Assembly (NCBI GenBank): GCA_050174775.1
Contig: JBFXJP010000005.1
Span: 146,135 to 210,134, forward strand
Origin: Phycisphaerales bacterium
Lineage (GTDB): Bacteria > Planctomycetota > Phycisphaerae > Phycisphaerales > UBA1924
Direction: 5' to 3'
DNA: 64,000 nt
The position numbers and the translations under genes were made by a program. Of the stretch, positions 10,673 to 19,539 are shown piece after piece. The stretch's first letter is position 1. Every line of letters starts with the position of its first letter. Below the pieces are notes generated by a model. That model made no database searches. It was not told the DNA's origin and was given only the letters and a program-made list of their open reading frames with translations.

Positions 10673-11620
10673 ATGGCACAGAGCGCGCCGGGCACATCAA
10701 AGAAGCGGTCGCAGCGCGCGCCGAGCGTGCGCGAGGCGGGGGCGATGCGGCCGGCGTACGAGGCGGAGAAGCCCCAGACGCGTCTGTACGTTGGTGACTG
10801 TCGGGAGGTGCTGAGCGCGCTGCCGGAGTGCCGCGAGCGCAAGGTGGACCTCATCTTCGCCGACCCGCCGTTCAATTGGAGCCGTGGGTACGACCGGTGG
10901 GACGACGACATGCCGCGGAGCGATTACCTCGACTTCACGTACAGGTGGCTGGACCTGTGTGTGGATGCATTGACGGATCGCGGGTCGATGTGGGTGAACA
11001 TCCCGGATGACACGGCGGCCGAGATCGTGGTGCACCTGAAGCGGCGCGAGATGACGATGATCAACTGGTGCGTCTGGCACTTCCGGTTCGGGCAGAACCG
11101 GATGGGCTCGTTCATCATGTCGAAGGTGCACGCGCTGTACTTTGCGAAGGACGCGTCGGAGCGGACGTGGAACCCGGACGAGATCCTCGAGCCGTCGGAC
11201 CGCGCGACGATCTACTTCGATCCGAGGACGCACGCCAAAAAGGAGGGGACGAACGGGAAGCGCGTGCCGATGGACGTGTGGTACGGGAAGTACTGGGGGC
11301 GCATCCAGGGGAACAACAAGGAGCGGCGCGCCAATCACGACAACCAGCTGCCCGAGGCGTACCTGGAGCGCGTGATCCGGGCGTGCTCGAACGAGGGCGA
11401 TCTGGTGCTCGACCCGTTCAACGGGTCGGGGACGACGCTCACGCTCGCGCGTGCGCTCCAGCGCCGATCGATCGGCATCGAGTACAGCCCCGAGCTGGCC
11501 AAGAGCGCGTGGGACCGGATCACGAAGGTCGGGCCGCTGCGTCTGGGGGAGGCGCTCAATCAGGCGACACCGATCTTTCCCCCGAGACGAAAGCGGGCAC
11601 GGGCCGAGACGGAGGCCTGA
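10673..11620 (+). CDS. DNA methyltransferase, beta-class (N6-adenine/N4-cytosine type), no partner nuclease
   Basis: Catalytic DLIFADPPFNW (motif IV) is N-terminal to the SAM motif LVLDPFNGSGTTL (motif I), the beta-class order. ATG after a GAGGAG SD. Confidence 0.85.
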   Translation: MAQSAPGTSKKRSQRAPSVREAGAMRPAYEAEKPQTRLYVGDCREVLSALPECRERKVDLIFADPPFNWSRGYDRWDDDMPRSDYLDFTYRWLDLCVDALTDRGSMWVNIPDDTAAEIVVHLKRREMTMINWCVWHFRFGQNRMGSFIMSKVHALYFAKDASERTWNPDEILEPSDRATIYFDPRTHAKKEGTNGKRVPMDVWYGKYWGRIQGNNKERRANHDNQLPEAYLERVIRACSNEGDLVLDPFNGSGTTLTLARALQRRSIGIEYSPELAKSAWDRITKVGPLRLGEALNQATPIFPPRRKRARAETEA

Positions 11621-11768
11621 GCAAGGCCTCTACGCGGGGTTTTGGGGCTGGACGGGAGGAGTCGGCGAACGGGCCGGGAACCGTGGCGGGGGTGTCGGAG
11701 TAGAAGTGGGGGTGGGGGGTTCGGGCGCGGCCGCGCCTCGATGCTCCCTTTGTGAGGAGGAGAATCCC

Positions 11769-12284
11769 ATGAGATTGAACGGATGGCTGGCTGGTGTGAT
11801 CGGCGGCGCGGCGTTGCTGTGCGCGCCCGCGATGGCGGACGGGCTCCGCGTGTCGGTGCGGATCGGGAACTCGGCGTGCGCGCCGCGCCCCGCGTATTCC
11901 CACGGCGGGTACGGGGGGCATCACGCGCGCCCGAGCTACGGGCATCATCGACCGTCGTACGGACACCACGGTTCGCACGGGCGGCCGCACTACGGCGGGC
12001 ACTCGTCGTACGGCGCAGGAACGAGCGTGGGCTTCTATGCCGGCTCGAGCGGGCGACACGGCGTGACGACCTACTGGTCCTCGTCCTACAGCCCCTCGTA
12101 CACATCGTCGTACAGCGTGAGATATTCGGCGCCGGCGCCGTCCGTGCGGACGCACTACCCGTCCCGCGCGACCTACTCGACCTACCGGCCGGCGCATGTG
12201 GAATACCGGCAGGCGCGTTCCGTTCGGTACGAGCGCGATTGTGCGCCGAGGCGCGTGTATTACTCGCGCCCTGCGTGCAGATGA
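11769..12284 (+). CDS. Secreted His/Tyr/Gly/Ser/Arg-rich low-complexity protein
   Basis: ATG after GAGGAGGAG. Signal peptide ...LLCAPAMADG. Degenerate repeats HGGYGGHHARPSYGHHRPSYGHHGSHGRPHYGGHSSYG, then a YS/SY-rich tail. Confidence 0.55.
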   Translation: MRLNGWLAGVIGGAALLCAPAMADGLRVSVRIGNSACAPRPAYSHGGYGGHHARPSYGHHRPSYGHHGSHGRPHYGGHSSYGAGTSVGFYAGSSGRHGVTTYWSSSYSPSYTSSYSVRYSAPAPSVRTHYPSRATYSTYRPAHVEYRQARSVRYERDCAPRRVYYSRPACR

Positions 12285-12436
12285 ACTTTCGCGGGATGAA
12301 ACCGGGGATACATCTGAGCGTCTGAAACGGCGGGCGGTTCGCGACGTGCGGGCCGCCCGCGTCGCACAACGCGGCTCGGCGCGTCGGCATCGAAGCAGGC
12401 GCGCCGGCCGCACTCTGAAACGACAGGGAGCCTGTC

Positions 12437-13051
12437 ATGTCGCGTCTTCGCGTCGGTCTCACGCTCGCCTCCCTCACCGCGCTTGCCGCGCCCGCGTTTG
12501 CGGGCGCGCCGTTCCGCTGCGGGACGCCGGCGCCGTCGCGCGTGGTGGTGGTTCGCACGCACGACGACTACCGCAGGCCCCGCTCCACGTACGACCGATT
12601 GATGGACGAGGCGTGGGACCAGTTCGAGCGCGAGTGCTACGCGGATGCGCAGCGGCTGTTCGCGAAAGCGTCGCGCCTGCGTCCGCAGGAGGGAGAGGCG
12701 AACACGGGATACGCGCTGGCCTCAGCCATGTGCGGGGATGAGCGCGCCGCGGCATGGGCCATGCGCGACGCGTTCGACTCCGACCCGCGCGGCGTGCGGG
12801 CGCCCCGGTCCCGCGACATCGACGAGACGCTCTGCGATCTGCAGCGGCAGTATCGTTCGCGCGAGGAGCGGTTCCCGGCCGGTCGAAGGGCCGCACGCGA
12901 CGAGGCGTTCATGCTGGCCGCGGTGTCGTACCTGCTCGACGAGGACAGGGAGGCTCGGCGGGCGATCGAGTGTGCGATCGACATGGGAGACCGTTCGAAC
13001 GCGGTGTACAACCTGCGTGATCTCCTGCGTCCGCGCTCGGACTGCGACTGA
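12437..13051 (+). CDS. Secreted TPR-like protein
   Basis: Signal peptide LTLASLTALAAPAFAGA. Helical repeats with A/Y/L spacing (YADAQRLFAKASRLRPQEGEANTGYALA). Confidence 0.5.
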   Translation: MSRLRVGLTLASLTALAAPAFAGAPFRCGTPAPSRVVVVRTHDDYRRPRSTYDRLMDEAWDQFERECYADAQRLFAKASRLRPQEGEANTGYALASAMCGDERAAAWAMRDAFDSDPRGVRAPRSRDIDETLCDLQRQYRSREERFPAGRRAARDEAFMLAAVSYLLDEDREARRAIECAIDMGDRSNAVYNLRDLLRPRSDCD

Positions 13052-13079
13052 TCACCCTCACAACCACTGACGACCACAC

Positions 13080-13115
13080 CCGCCCGCTGCTCTCCGGAGC
13101 GCGGGCGGTTTCGTT
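13080..13115 (+). terminator. Rho-independent terminator
   Basis: Stem CCGCCCGC/GCGGGCGG (13080-13087 and 13101-13108) followed by TTTCGTT. Confidence 0.5.
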
Positions 13116-13129
13116 GGGGCGCGCGGCGA

Positions 13130-14566
13130 TCAGTGCGCGTCGGACCAGGAGGCGCCGAAGAACTCGATGACGCGCTGCGCGAGGCCGATGGCCGTGCGCT
13201 CGTCGAGGGGTTGCTTCGTGCTGTTGAGAGTCATGGCCACCACGCCCCACCCGCCCCCCTTCTCGGCGTGGCGCTCCAGCAGCCACGTGACGTTCAGCAC
13301 ACCCGGCTCGGAGCCGCCCTTGAAGCCCACGCTCGCCCAGTCCGTCCGCAGGGAGGGGATGCCTGGGTTGATCGAGAGGGCGCGCCACACCTCGCCCAGC
13401 CCCTCCTCCTTCGACGCCTTGTGCAGCGCGACGATCGTCTCCGCGAGGTCGCGCGGGCTGGCGAACCATTCCACCGCGTCGACCCGCTGCGGGATGCGCC
13501 AGTGCTCCGCGAGCGTGAGCTGCGGCTCGGCGGAAGCGATCTCCCCACCCTCAGACAGCATGGCGCGGCGCGTCTCGACATCGGCGTCCGCGTACCTGTT
13601 CAGCAGCGCGCCGTCCTCGGAGAGCTTGGCCGCGAACAGCTCGCGCGTGGTGAGGAAGGGCAGCGTGCGCGCCGGGTCCTTCACCCGCGCGAGGTACACG
13701 CCCTCGACCTTCTCGCGCCCCAGCGTGCGGAGCAGGTGGTCCGTGGCCGTGTTGTCGCTGATGGAAATCATCTGACGCGCGTACTCGGCCAGGGGCTTCT
13801 CCGTCCCGCGCGGGAGGTTCTGCATCACGCCCGAGGGCAGGGACTTCCACTCGTCGCGGATCTCGATGGGCGTCGACCACTCGAGCCGGCCCTCGCGCAC
13901 CTCGTTCGCCACGGCCTCGAGCACGAAGAACTTGAACGCGGACCCGATCGCCAGGGGCTGCCCGTCGTTGAGCGTGTGCACCGGCTCGAGCGCAAAGTCC
14001 TTCGTCACCCGATACACGCCGAGCGCCGCCATCTCTCCCATGGCAGCCACCGACTTGTCGACCTCCTCCCACGAGCGCAGCGGCTTGATCGCCTCCTCCG
14101 GCGCCGGCTGGAACAGCATCGAGTCGATGCGGTGCGGGTCCGCGCCCTCCACGCCCACGATCACCCGCCACGTCGTCTGGTTCGCGCCCGACCGGATCAC
14201 CCCCACGAGCGCGTGCGGGGACTGCTCATCGACCCGCATCAGCTCGACGTTCCCGAGCGCCGAGCGCAGCTGGCTGAACACGAGACGCAGCCGATCCGGC
14301 GGCGCCTGAGCGCTGAACGCCTCGGTGAACCGCCCCTCCGCCTTCACGTCGTCCTTCGAGGCAAGCTCGTCGAGAATCCATCGGAGCTGTTCGCCCGCCG
14401 GGGTCTCCGGGATCGCCACGTTCCCGGGCGCTTCCACGGGCCGCACCGCCGCGGGCGCACCGTGATCATGCCCCGCGTGATCGTGGTCATGGTCGTGATC
14501 CTGCGTGCGGGCGAGCGGCGCGAGCGAGAGGAGCGTGAGCAGCAGCGCGGTGAGTGTCTTTGGCAT
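13130..14566 (-). CDS. Secreted class-A beta-lactamase-like serine hydrolase with N-terminal His/Asp repeat
   Basis: Signal peptide, then QDHDHDHDHAGHDHG. Motifs S-x-x-K (GSAFKF), SDN (ISISDNTATD) and K-G-G (VGFKGGSEPG) occur in the canonical order. Confidence 0.7.
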   Translation of the reverse strand: MPKTLTALLLTLLSLAPLARTQDHDHDHDHAGHDHGAPAAVRPVEAPGNVAIPETPAGEQLRWILDELASKDDVKAEGRFTEAFSAQAPPDRLRLVFSQLRSALGNVELMRVDEQSPHALVGVIRSGANQTTWRVIVGVEGADPHRIDSMLFQPAPEEAIKPLRSWEEVDKSVAAMGEMAALGVYRVTKDFALEPVHTLNDGQPLAIGSAFKFFVLEAVANEVREGRLEWSTPIEIRDEWKSLPSGVMQNLPRGTEKPLAEYARQMISISDNTATDHLLRTLGREKVEGVYLARVKDPARTLPFLTTRELFAAKLSEDGALLNRYADADVETRRAMLSEGGEIASAEPQLTLAEHWRIPQRVDAVEWFASPRDLAETIVALHKASKEEGLGEVWRALSINPGIPSLRTDWASVGFKGGSEPGVLNVTWLLERHAEKGGGWGVVAMTLNSTKQPLDERTAIGLAQRVIEFFGASWSDAH

Positions 14567-14625
14567 GGTGTTCTCCGATCGTAGGGTACGGCTCGGGCGC
14601 GGGCGGCGCCTCGCGTTGCTTCCCC

Positions 14626-14671
14626 AATGACAAAGCCGCCGCAGTCTCTGCCGAGGGAGCTCTGCGGCGGC
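14626..14671 (-). terminator. Rho-independent terminator (minus strand)
   Basis: 10-bp stem GCCGCCGCAG/CTGCGGCGGC (14635-14644 and 14662-14671). On the minus strand it is followed by TTTGTCATT. Confidence 0.5.
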
Positions 14672-14775
14672 GGCGGAGTTGTCGTTGGACCCTCGGGTTC
14701 ACGCTCGGGCCCTCGCGCATCAGGATCAGGGCGCCGGCGCGCTCAGCCCGAGGGGTCCGTGTGCCCTGCGGGTCG

Positions 14776-15759
14776 TTAGTGGATCCGCACCGGAGCGCTC
14801 GAGGCCACCGAGGCCGCGTCGCGCACCGGACGATCCTTCTCCCCTGCCTCCGGCGCGATCCGGATCTCGTTCGCAGGCTTTGTGCTCGGGGAGATCGACT
14901 CCGTGGCCCGCTCGAACTCGCTGCGGGCCGTCTCCTCGGCCTGGATCTGCTGCTGGGCCTGCTGCTCGTAGTTCAGCCGGTCCGTCGCCTTCTCCAGCGA
15001 CTTGAACTGCGACTCCTGCTTGGCCTGGATCTGCGTGAGACGCTGCTTGACCTGATCCACCGACACGACGTCGAAGCGGTTGTATTCGTCGATCTGCCGC
15101 TGACGCTTCTCGAGCATCTCCAGCAGACGATCGTTACGCGCGATCGCGTCCACCTGGTGGTCGATCTGCCACAGCTGCGAGTTGAAATCCGCCTGCTCGC
15201 TCTCCAGCTTCGTCAGCATCTCGTTCACGCGAGATTCCTGCTGCTTCAGGTAGACCGTCGTCCGCTCCGCGTCGCTGACGCGGGCCTGGTACGCGGCCTT
15301 GGTCTGGGAGATCTGCGTCGCGCGGGCGTACGCCTCGTCGATCTTGTAGTCCCGATCGTTGAACGCGACGGTGATGACGCGCCCGGGCCCGTGCGCGGCG
15401 CGCGCCTCGTCGGCGCGGGCGAGCAGGTCCTTGAGGCCGTCGAGGTCGCGCTGCGCGAGCGCCACGACGCGCTCGCCGATCTGCTTCTCGCGCTCGACCT
15501 GGCGGATCTGCTCCTGCAGCTCCGCGAGGTCCCCGCGAACGTCCGCGATCCGCTCGGGATACTGCTCCGCGAGCTCTCGAAGCTGTGCGCGCAGCACCGT
15601 GGGGTCGTCGATGTTGCTGTCGATGACCGACACGATCTTGCCCTGCACGGCGTGAGCCAGGGCCGAGACGCGGTGCGGACCCGCGATCAGGACCGCCGCG
15701 CCCGTCCCCAACCCCGCGATGACGCCGAACCGAACCAGAGGCTTCACGATTCCTGACAT
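14776..15759 (-). CDS. Membrane-anchored coiled-coil protein, function unknown
   Basis: N-terminal TM FGVIAGLGTGAAVLIAG, followed by about 250 aa of Q/E/R/L-rich heptad-like sequence. Confidence 0.6.
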   Translation of the reverse strand: MSGIVKPLVRFGVIAGLGTGAAVLIAGPHRVSALAHAVQGKIVSVIDSNIDDPTVLRAQLRELAEQYPERIADVRGDLAELQEQIRQVEREKQIGERVVALAQRDLDGLKDLLARADEARAAHGPGRVITVAFNDRDYKIDEAYARATQISQTKAAYQARVSDAERTTVYLKQQESRVNEMLTKLESEQADFNSQLWQIDHQVDAIARNDRLLEMLEKRQRQIDEYNRFDVVSVDQVKQRLTQIQAKQESQFKSLEKATDRLNYEQQAQQQIQAEETARSEFERATESISPSTKPANEIRIAPEAGEKDRPVRDAASVASSAPVRIH

Positions 15760-16066
15760 GGCTTACGCCCCTTTCCGCGTGTGCTCCCGGCGAAATGGCT
15801 GAGGGAGGCTGGGTGCGAATCTCTTCCTCCGTTGGTGGGAAGGCCCGCCGCCCGCTTTCACGCTTCCGGGCTTCTTTTGCGCCGTGGTTCCCGGACGCAG
15901 ACCTCCGCCCCGCCCCGTCTTATGCTTGTTCGGGAGCCGGTGGGGAGAAAGAGCGTGCTGAAACCCCCTGGTGCGGGGTCGGAACAACGGACGCCGAGCG
16001 ATCTCGCGCCCGGTTTGCCTTGACGGCCCGCCGAACCCGGCCCGGGCCACTTGCGGAGGATGCCCG

Positions 16067-16819
16067 ATGCTCAATCAGCTCACGACCGCGTTCATCGCAC
16101 GCCTGCGTGCGCGCGACGAGACCGCTTGGTTCGAGCTGTGGGAGATCTTCGGCCCCGTCCTCCGCGCCCAGCTCTCCAAGTGGGGCAAGGGCGCCATCGG
16201 CTCGCAGACCGTGCGCGATCTCTCTCAGGAAACACTCGCGGCGCTCTCCGACTCCATCGACCGCTACGACCCCTCCCGCGGCGCACGCTTCTCCACATGG
16301 CTCCTCTCCATCGCCAAGCACACCCTCGGCGACGAGATCGACCGACGCATGGCCCAGAAGCGCGGACGCGGGAAGCGCGGCGCCTCGCTCGACGAGACCT
16401 GGATGCAGTCCGCCGGCGGCATGAGCCCCGACGGGCAGTACGAGGCCGCGGTCTTCCGCGCCAAGGTCGAGGCCGCGATCCGCATGGTCGAGCGCCGCTG
16501 TGAATTCATGGAGTTCCAGATCTACCGGATGCGCGTGTTCGACGGGCTCGAAGGAAAGGAAGTGGCCGCGCAGCTCGGCACCTCCGAGCCCACCGTCTCC
16601 CGCAGGCTGACCAAGGTCCGCGACATGCTCCGGGAAAAGGTGCGGGAGGTGGTGGCCACCTACTCCTTCACGAGCGACGAGCAGGGCGAGCTGGAGCGGG
16701 CCGGGCTGGGCACGGCCTCGAAATCGGAGGACGCGCTTTTCGATGAAGCCGTGGCGGAGATCTATCACCGCCAGCAGGAACTGCGTCGACAGGATCAGGC
16801 GGCGATGATGAACGACTAA
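16067..16819 (+). CDS. ECF-type RNA polymerase sigma factor with C-terminal extension
   Basis: Region 2 is RFSTWLLSIAKHTLGDEIDRR. Region 4 HTH is EVAAQLGTSEPTVSRRLTKVRDMLRE. About 60 aa extend beyond region 4. Start at ATG 16067. Confidence 0.85.
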   Translation: MLNQLTTAFIARLRARDETAWFELWEIFGPVLRAQLSKWGKGAIGSQTVRDLSQETLAALSDSIDRYDPSRGARFSTWLLSIAKHTLGDEIDRRMAQKRGRGKRGASLDETWMQSAGGMSPDGQYEAAVFRAKVEAAIRMVERRCEFMEFQIYRMRVFDGLEGKEVAAQLGTSEPTVSRRLTKVRDMLREKVREVVATYSFTSDEQGELERAGLGTASKSEDALFDEAVAEIYHRQQELRRQDQAAMMND

Positions 16820-16879
16820 GCCGCGAGAGCGTGGGGACTCACGCGCGACACGCCGCGAGCAGCGCGGCGGGAGGCAACG

Positions 16880-19489
16880 ATGGGAGCATTCTTCGGCATC
16901 CTGATGTCCGTCCTCGCGATCTCGGTCGCCGTGCTGCTGGTCATCTTCGTCATGGTGCCCGCCTTCAAGGGCGTCTCCTGGTTCATCAGGCACATCTTCC
17001 AGTTCATCTTCGGGATGATCTACGAGGTCCTCCGCGCCATCGGCGGGCTGGTCACCTCCATCGTCCTCCTCCCCCTCATCCTTCTCAACGTCGTCATCGG
17101 GCGCTGGTCCGCGGCCTCGCACTACGGGCGCACCTTCCAGGACGAACTCAAGACCATCGGCCGCTGCTGCTACCGATTCGCCGTCGGCCGCCCCGCACGC
17201 CTCCTCCTGCTCACCCCGCTCGTCGAGGGCATCGAGAAGCGCGTCCCCGAAGCGGTCGCGCACGCCCCGGGCGCCGACAAGCCCTCCAAGCGCACCCTCG
17301 GGCAGTTCGAGGGCTACAAGATCGTCGGCTCGCTCCGCTCCGGCGGCTCGGGCGGGCGCCTCTACATCGCCGAGCCCGACGAGACCAAGCGCGCCGTCTT
17401 CGCGCGCCGGGGCATCGGCAACGTCGATCAGGTCGTCATCAAGGCCTTCTCCCTCGCCGACGGCTCCTCTCTCCCGCAGATCGTCCGAGAGAGCAAGTCC
17501 CTCGACGCCGCGCGCCGGCTCGGGCTCATCCTCGAGCACGAGCTCACCGACAAGCGGTTCTATTACGTCATGCGCTACGTGCCGGGAGACACCCTCTCCA
17601 TCGTCACCTCGCGCCTCCACGACCGCGCCGGGATGGAAGGCCTCCGCGCCGACACGCTGCAGGAAGCCCTCTCCTACGCCTCCGACCTCGTCCGCACCCT
17701 GAACACCTACCACGAGGGCGGGCTCTGGCACAAGGACGTCAAGCCCGACAACATCATCGTCTCCCACGGCGCTGCGCACCTCGTCGACTTCGGGCTCGTC
17801 ACCCCGCTCCGCAGCGCGATGACCCTCACGACGCACGGCACGGAGTACTTCCGGGATCCCGAGATGGTCCGCATGGCCCTCAAGGGCGTGAAGGTGGCCG
17901 AGGTCAACGGCGCCAAGTTCGACATCTATGCCGCGGGCGCCGTGATCTATTCGATCATCGAGAACGGCTTCCCCGCGCACGGGGGTCTCTCGCAGATCAC
18001 GAAGAAGTGCCCCGAGGGGCTGCGCTGGATCATCCGTCGCGCGATGGCCGACTACGAGGCGCGCTACGCCTCCTCGCGCGACATGCTGGCCGACCTCCAG
18101 CACATCATGGCCTCGTCCGACCCCTTCGCGATCCGTCCCGCCGACCTGCCCTCGATGCGGGGCGGGCCGTCCCACGACATGGAGGACGCGGTTCGCGCCG
18201 CCCACGAGGAAGCCCAGGCCGTCGGCGCCGCGGCCGCCGCGCGCGTCGCGCAGGGCCCCGTCGCGCAGCCCGCGGGCTTCGACCCCGCGCCCGCCGGCGC
18301 GCGCCACACCCCGCGCCCGGACCCCTCCCCCGCGGGCGGGCAGGGCCGGCCGCGCATCCGCGTCACCGACTGGTGGAAGGGCGGCTTCGTCGTCAACGAC
18401 GGCCCTGAAGGTGCGCAGCCCGGCAACGTTCCGCCCCAGCGCGGCGCCCCCGTGCCTCCGCACGACCGCCGCCCGGCGCACGAGCAGGTCGAGCGCGCAC
18501 GCGCACGCGCCCAGGCGCGCCGCTCGCGAGCCTACGAGCGCATGAACCGCGCGCCGCGCCGCCCCAAGCCCGACGTTCGGGTCATCGGTGTCGCGATCGG
18601 GACCGGACCGCGCAGGCCGCGCACCGCGCGCTACGACTCCCGCCCCAACGGCGGCGTCATTCTCGCAGCGCTCTTCCTCATCGCCGCGGTGGCCGGCATC
18701 TTCCTGCTCACGATGAACGCCGGCTCGCGCTCGCGCAGCGGCAACCGCATCGTCATCAACGGCGCCGACCGCACCGTGGTGACCAAGTTCGATTTCGACG
18801 ACATCAAGCAGGTGATGCGCGAGGCGGGCGAGCGCTTCCGCGAGGGCGGGCAGCACTCCGAGGCGCTGCGCGACTCCATGCTCGCGCTGCAGGGCGCCGT
18901 GTCCGACTGGACGACCGGCGCCCCCTTCACCCCTCCCGCGGACGCTCGACCCCAGTCGATCAACGAGAAGATCAACAAGGCGTTCAAGGGCAGGACGTAC
19001 TCCGGTCCTGTCCCGCCCACGCCGCCTCCCGCGCCGGGCGAGCCGGCCCAGGCCAGCGTTGCCTCCGCACCCGCCCTCCCTTCCGCCCCAGACGCGCCCT
19101 CGATGGCCACGGCGCCCGGAGGAACGTGGCTTGTCATCAACGACCTCACCGGCTCGCCACAGGAGGTCAAGGATGAAGTGAGCGCGGGGCTCGACCGTCT
19201 CCGCGCCGCAGGCGCCGAGATCCTCGGCGCCGACAACAGCGAGGTCGTCGACATCATCGCCTCCGCGCGCAAGGCCATCGGCGCCACGGCCCGCGTCACC
19301 GACGACGCGGTCGAGCGGATCAAGACATGGCTCGCGGACGAAGGTGAAGCGTTCACCGGCCTCATCTGGTTCGCCCGTGATGACGGCCCGGACACCGCCT
19401 TCGCGCTCGCAGTCGTGGGGCAGGAAGGCCTCAACGCCGCGCCCGTCGGCACACTTCTGAGGGCCGGCGCCGCCCGCCGCGCGCAGTGA
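16880..19489 (+). CDS. Membrane Ser/Thr protein kinase
   Basis: N-terminal TM helices. Gly loop SGGSGGRLY, VVIKAF Lys, HKDVKPDNIIV, VDFGL and YFRDPE. A Pro/Arg-rich linker leads to TM ILAALFLIAAVAGIFLL and then a C-terminal domain of about 250 aa. Confidence 0.85.
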   Translation: MGAFFGILMSVLAISVAVLLVIFVMVPAFKGVSWFIRHIFQFIFGMIYEVLRAIGGLVTSIVLLPLILLNVVIGRWSAASHYGRTFQDELKTIGRCCYRFAVGRPARLLLLTPLVEGIEKRVPEAVAHAPGADKPSKRTLGQFEGYKIVGSLRSGGSGGRLYIAEPDETKRAVFARRGIGNVDQVVIKAFSLADGSSLPQIVRESKSLDAARRLGLILEHELTDKRFYYVMRYVPGDTLSIVTSRLHDRAGMEGLRADTLQEALSYASDLVRTLNTYHEGGLWHKDVKPDNIIVSHGAAHLVDFGLVTPLRSAMTLTTHGTEYFRDPEMVRMALKGVKVAEVNGAKFDIYAAGAVIYSIIENGFPAHGGLSQITKKCPEGLRWIIRRAMADYEARYASSRDMLADLQHIMASSDPFAIRPADLPSMRGGPSHDMEDAVRAAHEEAQAVGAAAAARVAQGPVAQPAGFDPAPAGARHTPRPDPSPAGGQGRPRIRVTDWWKGGFVVNDGPEGAQPGNVPPQRGAPVPPHDRRPAHEQVERARARAQARRSRAYERMNRAPRRPKPDVRVIGVAIGTGPRRPRTARYDSRPNGGVILAALFLIAAVAGIFLLTMNAGSRSRSGNRIVINGADRTVVTKFDFDDIKQVMREAGERFREGGQHSEALRDSMLALQGAVSDWTTGAPFTPPADARPQSINEKINKAFKGRTYSGPVPPTPPPAPGEPAQASVASAPALPSAPDAPSMATAPGGTWLVINDLTGSPQEVKDEVSAGLDRLRAAGAEILGADNSEVVDIIASARKAIGATARVTDDAVERIKTWLADEGEAFTGLIWFARDDGPDTAFALAVVGQEGLNAAPVGTLLRAGAARRAQ

Positions 19490-19539
19490 GTTGTTCACTC
19501 CGAACGTCGCGCCGCAATAACGATGCCTACGCTCGCAGC

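Noticed and set aside
12330-13110. The same 8-bp GC stem (GCGGGCGG/CCGCCCGC) in hairpins at about 12335-12363 and 13080-13108, and TCTGAAACG twice (about 12321 and 12414), considered as REP-like elements
   Set aside because: There are only two copies of each, they are very short, and they are GC-biased in a GC-rich genome. Without a genome-wide count this is not distinguishable from chance.
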